From contig JBCBJQ010000133.1 in assembly GCA_038523235.1 (NCBI GenBank), positions 1 to 13,924 on the forward strand: a stretch of DNA of 13,924 nucleotides, given 5' to 3'. The notes below the pieces were generated by a model that was not told the DNA's origin, made no database searches, and worked only from the letters and a program-made list of their open reading frames with translations. Source of the stretch: Cyanobacteria bacterium J06626_4 (GTDB lineage Bacteria; Cyanobacteriota; Cyanobacteriia; Phormidesmidales; Phormidesmidaceae). Positions 1 through 7,618 of the stretch are shown in pieces (position 1 is the stretch's first letter; every line of letters begins with the position of its first letter). A program made the position numbers and the translations under genes.

Positions 1-79
1 GCGATCGCTCATCTGCAGCGGCTAATATATCTGTATTGCTAATTTTGTTGGCTTGCTTTGAGCCTCTTGAGGTCGCTCT

Positions 80-439
80 ATGACCAATGCCCAGCCCAGT
101 AACGACATCGAGCGACGCCTCAGTCGTCTAGAAAATCTGATGAGCAGTTCTGGTGAATTGTTCATTCAAACCGCCTCTTTGGCCAGACGGAATGCTGCTG
201 ATTTTGACCGGATGCTAGCAGTCGTTGACTCTACCCAAGAGACTTTAAGCCGGGTGGTGTCTGTTACTGAAAGAAATGCGGCAGATATTGAGGCGTTAAC
301 TCAAGACATCCGACGCAATGCAGCAGACATTCGGACTATGAGTCAGCGGGTTGACAGTTTAGCGGCTGCCAGCGAGCGTCATGATCGCATTTTGGACTAC
401 CTGTTGAAGCGCGAAGCTGGAGATATTGAGCCAGAATAG
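80..439 (+). CDS. Hypothetical coiled-coil protein (119 aa) with repeated (R/E)RNAAD(I/F) heptads
   Basis: ATG-started ORF with GAGG shortly upstream; continuous heptad pattern; motif copies at aa 36, 64 and 78 in exact heptad register. Confidence 0.8.
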   Translation: MTNAQPSNDIERRLSRLENLMSSSGELFIQTASLARRNAADFDRMLAVVDSTQETLSRVVSVTERNAADIEALTQDIRRNAADIRTMSQRVDSLAAASERHDRILDYLLKREAGDIEPE

Positions 440-531
440 CTGGCTGCGGGGCGATCACAAGGTGAAGAGCATGGCTGAATCAGCCATTAAATTCTCCCCA
501 AAAGAAACTACATTGTTCACCATATAAAAAA

Positions 532-1104
532 ATGAATTCGAAGCTTTATTCGGCGCTACAACTTGTTTTAGCTTTTGCTTCTATATGTTTTATCGCTTGG
601 CTAATTTACAAAGCAATCACAGCTATTGTCTCTGTCGTATTATCCCTTGAATCCGATATTGCTGTGGCAGTCATTGCAGCGTCAGCTTCTATATCAGTGT
701 CTTTGATATCTCTTGTTGTTTCAAGATATCTTGAAAGTAAAGCCGCAATCATCCAGGAGATTAGAGCTAAGAAGATTCCAATTTATGAGGAGCTTATATC
801 TGTCTTGATGAGATTTGTTTTTGCTCAAAAGCTTGGTTTGGAGCCAATGAGCGAAAGTGAACTAATGAAATTCATGGCAGAATTCACCGAAAAAATAACA
901 GTTTGGGGATCTGATGACGTTATAAAAGCATGGCGTAAATTTCGGCTTTCTGCTGGAGGTGGCTCCAACCCTCAAAGCATATTATTCGTCTACGAGGATA
1001 TGCTACTTGCAATTAGGAAAGATCTAGGTCACAAAAATTCTGGATTTAAGAAAGGCACTCTGCTAGGTTTATTTGTCAACGATATTGATTCATCTCCGAC
1101 TTAG
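532..1104 (+). CDS. Hypothetical membrane protein (190 aa): N-terminal hydrophobic helices plus soluble helical C-terminal domain
   Basis: Long ORF in AT-rich DNA (sampled 60-nt lines 33-37% GC); hydrophobic segments at about aa 5-38 and 43-63; C-terminal WGSDDVIKAW and LLAIRKDLGH look like conserved blocks but I cannot name the family. Confidence 0.8.
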   Translation: MNSKLYSALQLVLAFASICFIAWLIYKAITAIVSVVLSLESDIAVAVIAASASISVSLISLVVSRYLESKAAIIQEIRAKKIPIYEELISVLMRFVFAQKLGLEPMSESELMKFMAEFTEKITVWGSDDVIKAWRKFRLSAGGGSNPQSILFVYEDMLLAIRKDLGHKNSGFKKGTLLGLFVNDIDSSPT

Positions 1105-1400
1105 AAAAAGCTTAGGATGGTCTTACTGTATGTACCTTTGCGATAGAGATGTAGATCAAAGAGGAAGGCTGTTGTGGCTGCGTCCCTTGTACGATGGACG
1201 ATCTCTGACTACCATCGCATAATTGCCGTGGGATTCTTGGGCGACCTGTGTCGTACTCGAAAATTGTTCCGTCATTTGCAGGCATCGTTTTGCGGCTGAC
1301 AGCAATTGTTTGATGGCATCCAGTGGCGAGTACGCTACGTAGTGTCATTTACGTAAAGCGCCGACGGGAAAATTCGCAGTAAACTAACATACCAGTCATG

Positions 1401-2036
1401 CTAGGGAAAGGGGCGTAGCGCGATCGCCTCCAACGCCTCAGGGTGATCGATTAGCCAATCCGGTGCCGCCGCTGCCAGTGCCTCGCGGCTGTTAAACCCC
1501 CAGGTCACTGCCACCGCCCGAATGCCTGCAAACCGCGCCGCCTCAATATCACGCACCTCGTCCCCCACATACACCGTCGCCGTCAGGTCAAACTGATGCC
1601 GCTCCAAACATTTCACAATCAGCTTGCCCTTGCGAAACAGCGTGCCGCCGCCATCCACGCTGAGAAAGCAGTGATCGAGCCCCTGCGCTGCCAAAAAAGC
1701 CCACACCACCTCCGGCGTGTTAGACGTCACCACCGCTAAGGCACAGTCGCGCTGGTGCAGATCTTGAATCATCGCCGGCATGCCGGCACAGGCAGGAATC
1801 TGTTCGCTTTGGCGGCGTAGCTCGGCTCGCAGTCGCCGCAGCAGTGCCGGAATTTTGAGCAGTGGAATGCCCGAATAGCGAATCAGCTGACGCGCGCTCA
1901 GCCCCTTCAGCGCTTCCACCTCGGCCAGGGGCGTGGGTCGATAGCCAAACTCCGGGGCTAACTCATTGGTGATGGCCACGATCGCCGCCAAACTATCAGC
2001 GATCGTGCCATCAAAATCGAACAGGAACGTCGTCAA
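1401..2036 (-). CDS. HAD-superfamily hydrolase (phosphoglycolate-phosphatase-like)
   Basis: HAD motif I FDFDGT, motif II VVTSN, motif IV YVGDEVRD; TTG start 7 nt after the upstream stop, implying co-transcription. Confidence 0.9.
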   Translation of the reverse strand: MTTFLFDFDGTIADSLAAIVAITNELAPEFGYRPTPLAEVEALKGLSARQLIRYSGIPLLKIPALLRRLRAELRRQSEQIPACAGMPAMIQDLHQRDCALAVVTSNTPEVVWAFLAAQGLDHCFLSVDGGGTLFRKGKLIVKCLERHQFDLTATVYVGDEVRDIEAARFAGIRAVAVTWGFNSREALAAAAPDWLIDHPEALEAIALRPFP

Positions 2037-2043
2037 AACAGAC

Positions 2044-4134
2044 TTACCAGGGACGCCAATCTTCCCAATCTTCGTTGAAAATTGACGTATTGGGAAACTG
2101 GGTGGGGTTGCCGCTCAGTTCGATTTCGCGTCGCAGCTCATACATCAGCGGGTCTAGGGTCGGCATGCTCTCGACCAGCTGATAAGGCATCACCTCATGG
2201 CGCAGGGCAAAGTCGATGGTCATTGCCGCCCCGACGCCCACCGACCACTCATAGGAATGGACGCGATAGGCCGCTGCCGCGATCGTGCTCATCGCTAGCC
2301 CCTTGCCCGTGACCAGCAGGTTGTCGAGCTTTTGCGGAATCAATGCCCGCAGCGGAATCTGGGTTGGATAGGCCTGCCCGTGGGCCTGCCGCACCCCCGG
2401 TCGTTCAATATTGCCAGGGGCTTCGGGCGGGCTCTCTAACATGCAGGGGTGGAAGTCGATCGCATACTGGGCAATGCCAATTGAGTCGGGATAGATGCGC
2501 GATCGCCGCCGCTGGGGAATCTCCCCGGCGGGCGTTTCGTTCACCAAGGCATCAATCGCCGCCTGACCAGCTACCTCAACCCGCAGCGCTTCGTAGGTGG
2601 CCGGGTCGAGGTTTTCGATATAGAACGGGTCGCTAAAATCAATCCAGGTGAAATCGACCTCGTTGATTTCGAAGCCATCGTCGTAGCCCCAGGAAGGCCG
2701 TCCGACAATGCGTCGTGCCTCGCGAATGTAGGGAAACTTCGACAGGCCGTGGGCCGTGCCCATCGGCGCGTCATAGCCCGTCAGCAAGCGGCTGTTGGGT
2801 GTCGGTTCCTTAAGGCTGTCATCTAACTGCGAGTCGGTGGTGCCAATCAAAAACCAGTAATAAAAGCTGAACGCATTTTCTTCGCCGCGGCGCAGGGTTT
2901 CCTGCCGCAGGCCGCCCAGCCAGCCGCCGGGGGCCAACTGGCCCTGGGCTTCGAGTTGGTCGTGGGTGTAGATCAGGTTATCGACGGCGTTGCCCGGACG
3001 GTAGTCGTTACCCCACGTCCAGTTTTGCATCGAGATATCGCCTGGTCGCGGTCGGGGTACGCCCGCAATCCGATCTTCGCTGACGGGGTCGGCGTTCCAG
3101 ATGCGGCGATAGGTAAACACATAGTCGTAATAGTCTTGCGCGTTGTAGTCGCGGGTTTGCTCCCAGCTAAAGTAGGGCTCGTACTGCAGGTAATAGCCCG
3201 GAATCAGCTGCGGTTGCGGTGATTCGGTCTTTTCCATCGCAAAGGTGTAGGTGAAGCCCTGGGTGCAGTAGGGGTCGTTGGTCTCCACCGGTGATGACGG
3301 GTTGAGGTGTGACTTGGGGTCGAGGCCCAAGCGATAGGGCACATCGGCCAAGGCAATGAGTTCACTGGTTTCAGTGGCTTCAATCACGTACCACGGAGCG
3401 GGGCCAGCGGGCGCATCGGCGGGCGGCACAAACTGAATGATGGTCTTGGCCAGCCGGGCCGAATCTTCGTACTCGTAGGCGTCTTGAATAGTGGCCGACA
3501 GCGGCTCCGTGTTGAGCGGCGGCGTATCGGGCTGCGGGCTATGTTGAATGCCAATCAGGCTGTCGATTTGATTACCGGCAGCGTTGAGGGTCAAATCCTT
3601 CGGCACCGTAAAGGGAAACCACTTCAGCTCGCCGTCGCCGTCGTCAGCGGCATCTTCCAGCATGTTAAACAAGATGGCGTGGGCATCGTAGGGTAAAAAG
3701 CAGGTAGCGCTAACCCAACAGCCGCCCGGATCAAGCTCGCCGTACTTTTCTTCTACCCGGCTCCGCAGCTCGCGATACCCTGCGGAATAAAACAGTAGTT
3801 CGCGCTGGCGGCGCGATTCGTCGAGGGCCGTCGTCCCCTGAGAGGAAATCTGTCCGCCTACCCAGTCGGTCAGTTCAGTGAGGCAAACGGTATGTCCGGC
3901 TTTGAGGCTTTGATAGGCTGCTGCTGTCCCGGAGAGACCACCCCCCACAATCAGTAGGTCGCATTCCACTACCAAATCAGGGTCGCGGGGCAGGGCTGCT
4001 AATGCATCGGCTTCTTGAGCCTGCACCGGACTGATGGTTAAAAAAGTGGGGGCGATGAGCGCGATCGCCACTCCAGCAGAAATTCCCGTTTGACTCAACT
4101 GGCTGAACTGAGGCATCTGACTGAACTGGGGCAT
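2044..4134 (-). CDS. FAD-dependent oxidoreductase (FAD_oxidored-like) with N-terminal signal peptide
   Basis: Rossmann GxGxxG (LIVGGGLSGTAAA), WVGGQISSQG, PYIREARRIVG, QIPLRALIP..NLLVTGK..AAYRVH. Signal-like segment ends in VQA. Start moved from track TTG 4149 to ATG 4134, which has AAGGA 7 nt upstream. Confidence 0.88.
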   Translation of the reverse strand: MPQFSQMPQFSQLSQTGISAGVAIALIAPTFLTISPVQAQEADALAALPRDPDLVVECDLLIVGGGLSGTAAAYQSLKAGHTVCLTELTDWVGGQISSQGTTALDESRRQRELLFYSAGYRELRSRVEEKYGELDPGGCWVSATCFLPYDAHAILFNMLEDAADDGDGELKWFPFTVPKDLTLNAAGNQIDSLIGIQHSPQPDTPPLNTEPLSATIQDAYEYEDSARLAKTIIQFVPPADAPAGPAPWYVIEATETSELIALADVPYRLGLDPKSHLNPSSPVETNDPYCTQGFTYTFAMEKTESPQPQLIPGYYLQYEPYFSWEQTRDYNAQDYYDYVFTYRRIWNADPVSEDRIAGVPRPRPGDISMQNWTWGNDYRPGNAVDNLIYTHDQLEAQGQLAPGGWLGGLRQETLRRGEENAFSFYYWFLIGTTDSQLDDSLKEPTPNSRLLTGYDAPMGTAHGLSKFPYIREARRIVGRPSWGYDDGFEINEVDFTWIDFSDPFYIENLDPATYEALRVEVAGQAAIDALVNETPAGEIPQRRRSRIYPDSIGIAQYAIDFHPCMLESPPEAPGNIERPGVRQAHGQAYPTQIPLRALIPQKLDNLLVTGKGLAMSTIAAAAYRVHSYEWSVGVGAAMTIDFALRHEVMPYQLVESMPTLDPLMYELRREIELSGNPTQFPNTSIFNEDWEDWRPW
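4099..4134 (-). repeat. Tandem 18-bp duplication encoding MPQFSQ-MPQFSQ
   Basis: Minus strand ATGCCCCAGTTCAGTCAG followed by ATGCCTCAGTTCAGCCAG (16/18 identical). Confidence 0.9.
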
Positions 4135-4615
4135 CAAGGCTTCCTTCAAAACACTTTCTCAAAAAGCTTAAGAGAAATTGCCCCCAGTTGTGGTTAAATC
4201 TCGTATTTTTTATACCCTCAGCCAGCGATCGTTCCTAATGGCTAGCGGTAGCAAACTTGACATCAGGGTGAGTAATGCAAAGGCGATCGCACCCTCGATT
4301 TAACACACCCCCTTCATGAAGCGATGTTCAATGACCAACCTTTATTTGCTGGCCGTCAATGCCTTCGGCAAGACTCGCCTTCAACATCAAAAAAAGTTAG
4401 AAAAATTCGACAATCCCCTACTGAGGTGAGCTTCAATGAATTGTATCGGGTCTGTTGAGTATTATCTTGGCATTCACGGCTCGGCTCAGGGAAGCGATCT
4501 AAATCAAACGCCCTGCAGGGTGACCCACGGGTCAATCCTTGAGAACGACTCGGCAAAGCAAAGCCCTATCAGGTTAAGCAGGTGTTGCAGGCAATCGACA
4601 AGCGAGAGGCAAGTC

Positions 4616-5617
4616 ATGGATAAAACCGTCATTTGTCCGAAAGATCAGCGGCTCTTAGGTGAAATCGATGCTGCCGGTAACTTTCTCGGCACTTGCCCTC
4701 GATGCAAATGTCAATATGGCGTGCGATTTGGCCAGATCTCCCAGCAATCTGCCAAGCAGATAACGGTACAGCGACAGACCCAAAACCAGCGTGGCTACTA
4801 CCGGTATGAATATGAGTTCAGAATCCTACAGCCCGGCGGACGGCTGTACCCGCTGGAGTTCTCGATTCCGGGACAGGATGACCGGCTGGGTGTCAGGCTG
4901 AATGACCAAGTCGCGATTATCTTTCAAGCTGACGCTACCGGCAATGTTGTCCGAATATTGCGGGTGCAAAACAAAACGACTGGTCGCGATCACTTTGTTG
5001 CGAGTCCCAAGACGGGATTGGGCACGGCCATCATGCTGGGAGGGGCTGTGGTCTTCGCTGGGCTCGTAATTGGCCAGCTGCTGCCGACATTCCTCGGTAT
5101 TCCGATCTTTATCGCGGCGATCGCGGGTAGCGTCTTTGTGGGCAAAGCCTATTTGACCTCGAAGCAAGTGAAAATATCGCCTGCGCAACAACGGGCTATT
5201 CGGCAAAGCCGAGCCCTGCTAGAGGAGAAGACGACGCTGACCCAAAAGCTGGCCAAATTGGAGCAGGAGTTAGCGACGGCTGAGGAGCAGTTTCACCGGC
5301 TCACAAGTCTCTATGAGCGCATGATGAAAGCAGACCCCACGGCTTATGCCTCTCGTATCCAAACGCTGCAGGCGGCGGGCGGGCTGATGGAATCCAACAT
5401 CGAAGCTCTGAATCAGCTCGTAGCCGAATACCGCAAAACCCTAGAAATCATCGATATTGAATACGAATCAGGACATGTCACGAAAGAGTTTCTCTCATCA
5501 CCGAGTTCCCTCGTCTCGCAAAAGCTGGCTGAGTTAAAACAAATTGAGGCGCAGAATGCGGACATCTTGGCCCAGCTCCAGGCGAATGAGGAGGTCAGGC
5601 AGTTGCGCCAGGGGTAA
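4616..5617 (+). CDS. Hypothetical protein (about 333 aa): Zn-ribbon-like N-terminus, two TM helices, C-terminal coiled coil
   Basis: CPKD...CPRC knuckles directly after ATG 4616 (GAGAGG 6 nt upstream); hydrophobic hairpin GLGTAIMLGGAVVFAGLVIG / FLGIPIFIAAIAGSVFVG; heptad-rich tail. Confidence 0.8.
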   Translation: MDKTVICPKDQRLLGEIDAAGNFLGTCPRCKCQYGVRFGQISQQSAKQITVQRQTQNQRGYYRYEYEFRILQPGGRLYPLEFSIPGQDDRLGVRLNDQVAIIFQADATGNVVRILRVQNKTTGRDHFVASPKTGLGTAIMLGGAVVFAGLVIGQLLPTFLGIPIFIAAIAGSVFVGKAYLTSKQVKISPAQQRAIRQSRALLEEKTTLTQKLAKLEQELATAEEQFHRLTSLYERMMKADPTAYASRIQTLQAAGGLMESNIEALNQLVAEYRKTLEIIDIEYESGHVTKEFLSSPSSLVSQKLAELKQIEAQNADILAQLQANEEVRQLRQG

Positions 5618-6204
5618 TCAATTTTGTCTGGCGCAGGCATACCGGTGGCCTACTCTTGACCTGACCGACTAACTAATCAGGAAGTTCGTCGCTGGGTAAC
5701 TTTTGTGGCAAAGATGACGATTTCGGTGATCATGCCTAACGGGGCAAAGATCCGTGTTTGTTTACAGGGCTTTACCAAGACGAGCTTTCTTTCACGTTTA
5801 AACACGTTTAAATAAAAAAAGAATTCACGCCATTAAGACAATGTAATCAAAGGCCCGTTTGGCATCAAATCATACAAAATCTCTCTCGAATCTTGGATAA
5901 TTAAAGGGAGAGTGTGTTGGGTTCTTTCTTGCTCTAGTAGTCGAGCAATTATTCGGACAGTTTTTGGCAGACAACTAGACAATCAGGGTTTGAGCCCTGG
6001 CGCAGAAGATTGCCTGGATTGCTGCCAGAAAATAGTGCGATCGCCCACCCACCTGAATCTTTTTGCGGGGGTTAGAGCCCCCCAATCAATCAGTGCAGTG
6101 CTGCCCCTGATCCTTGACCGTTGATGACAGGATTTTGGTTAGGCTGCTGCGTGGGGACGCCTATTGGCTGCCGCTTGTTTCAACCCTCACCGCAGAACTA
6201 AGCC

Positions 6205-6939
6205 ATGACGACTCAACCCATTTCTGATGAAGTTGCGATTAGAATTGCCCTCGCCGCGAGAGCCCTGCCGGACACTTCGGTCAGGGAGCTTATTGAAGCG
6301 TTGCAAACCAATATTGAGGGTGAGCTGACCGAGGAAGCGCTGGGTCAATTGACGGTGACTCAGCTCAAGCGATCGTTTGGCAATATTTACGAAGTCGATG
6401 AAGGTGAATGGGAAGGGGAGGAAGCCGATAACGCCGATATTTTAGCTTTCAAAGAAGCGGTGCGGATTTTGTGGGGCGAACAGGAGGAATGCGAACATCC
6501 TCTGCCCATCGAGCCTTTTCAAGAAGGTGATATGCCCAATTCACTGAGAATTGCGGTGGCCTCGAATACGCAAGAAATATTAGACGGTCATTTTGGCTCT
6601 TGCCACCGATATTTGATTTATCAACTGTCTGTGGATGAGCTCAAGCTAATTGATGTGCGTTCGGCTTTGGACGCTGATTTGAGTGACAGTAAGAACGAAT
6701 TTCGTGTGGCTTTAATCAAAGATTGTCCGCTGCTGTATGTCATGTCGATTGGTGGCCCGGCTGCTGCCAAGGTGGTGCAGGCCAATATTTATCCCATGAA
6801 GGTAGAGCAGGGGGGAGAAATCAGGGAAATCTTGGCTGATTTGCAACGGGCGATCGCCACGTCGCCGCCGCCTTGGTTAGCCAAAATTTTAGGGGTGGGG
6901 GCTGATCAGCGGGTCAAAAATTACCGCGCTGCGAGCTAA
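6205..6939 (+). CDS. nafY: NafY/NifY-type dinitrogenase FeMo-cofactor carrier (N-terminal helical domain plus NifX-like core)
   Basis: N-terminal RIALAARALP and AVRILWGE; core RIAVASN..LDGHFGSC, SIGGPAAAKVV and SPPPWLAK, matching my recollection of Azotobacter NafY in motifs and length; HFGSC gives His129/Cys133. NafY versus NifY cannot be separated without a tree. Confidence 0.88.
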   Translation: MTTQPISDEVAIRIALAARALPDTSVRELIEALQTNIEGELTEEALGQLTVTQLKRSFGNIYEVDEGEWEGEEADNADILAFKEAVRILWGEQEECEHPLPIEPFQEGDMPNSLRIAVASNTQEILDGHFGSCHRYLIYQLSVDELKLIDVRSALDADLSDSKNEFRVALIKDCPLLYVMSIGGPAAAKVVQANIYPMKVEQGGEIREILADLQRAIATSPPPWLAKILGVGADQRVKNYRAAS

Positions 6940-6996
6940 CCATAAGCCGCCCTGGCAGATATCAAACTCATCATCAAACAAAATCCCGGCAGCATC

Positions 6997-7341
6997 ATGA
7001 ATATTCACGGCAATCAAGAACGGGTGCGAGAAATTCAACAGGTCACGGGTCTCAAACCCACCCACTTTGCTGATCTCGTGCGAGTATCACAGCTCATCTA
7101 CGATCCTCGGGGTGGGGTCTCGCGGATCGCGCTAGAAGTGGACTGGTTAGAATTTGATATTCCGGCGGGCGTGGCGGAAAATTTGCGATCGCTCGGCCAC
7201 AAATATCAGTATGAATCGCCCCATGTGGATCTCGATTTAGTGTGGGATGACCTGACGCCCGAAACGCGCAGCTGGTTTATGGCTAACAAAAGCATTCTCT
7301 GGACAATTGAAGAAGCTTTTCCCGCCTTAGACGAGGACTAA
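6997..7341 (+). CDS. Small acidic hypothetical protein (114 aa), probably co-transcribed with the nafY-like gene
   Basis: ATG ORF 57 nt after the upstream stop on the same strand; protein-like composition, four Trp, acidic C-terminus (PALDED); no family recognised. Confidence 0.8.
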   Translation: MNIHGNQERVREIQQVTGLKPTHFADLVRVSQLIYDPRGGVSRIALEVDWLEFDIPAGVAENLRSLGHKYQYESPHVDLDLVWDDLTPETRSWFMANKSILWTIEEAFPALDED

Positions 7342-7589
7342 AAAAGCTGAACGGATGGTCATCATGGCCTCACTCATCGACAACTCCGGTTAACATCATC
7401 GCCAGAAAAGAACGCCGTTAGCCGCCCGCATCTTTTTGATCAAGGGGGCACTCACCGACTCGAATCTCCAGCGGGTCCAGCCTTTCAACTACCCATCAGA
7501 TTAGTCCGTATTCTTCTCAAGATATTCGACAGCACATTGATGACGATCTCGTCTCGTTTAGGGAGCTACTTGAAAATAACGCCGCCATC

Positions 7590-7618
7590 ATAGGGATTTG
7601 GCACTGCCAAACCCCTAC
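7590..7618 (-). repeat. GTAG-type REP-like palindrome between convergent genes
   Basis: TAGGGATTTGGCA-C-TGCCAAACCCCTA, 13-bp arms with one mismatch; minus strand reads GTAGGGGTTTGGCAGTGCCAAATCCCTAT. Confidence 0.75.

Noticed and set aside
1112..1348. 78-aa minus-strand ORF
   Set aside because: No recognisable motif or RBS and not protein-like; likely a chance ORF.
2082..4162. Short ORFs overlapping the oxidoreductase (2082, 2343, 2571, 2956, 3484, 3977)
   Set aside because: Shadow or alternate-frame ORFs of a GC-rich gene that has clear family motifs.
4550..4585. GGCAAA / GCAAAGCC resembling c-di-GMP-I riboswitch words
   Set aside because: The words abut with no intervening GNRA-capped stem and no second stem; architecture missing.
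4356..4615. ORF 4356-4556 and the 60-aa N-terminal extension from 4436
   Set aside because: No motifs; ATG 4616 has a better RBS and begins right at the Cys knuckle.
5984..5999. tRNA T-arm-like hairpin suggesting a tRNA gene or fragment
   Set aside because: Loop is 6 nt without the TTCRA signature, and there is no acceptor, D or anticodon arm.
4826..6124. ORFs 4826-5206, 5413-5640 and 5912-6124
   Set aside because: First two are antisense to a better gene; the third has a GTG start and no recognisable features, and the region reads better as regulatory DNA.
5618..6204. Canonical NtcA (GTA-N8-TAC) or FNR-type (TTGAT-N4-ATCAA) site upstream of the nafY-like gene
   Set aside because: Checked by eye: only half-sites present, no correctly spaced full site.
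7342..7590. Possible pseudogene between the 114-aa ORF and hicB
   Set aside because: Hand translation on both strands gave no recognisable protein or convincing start.
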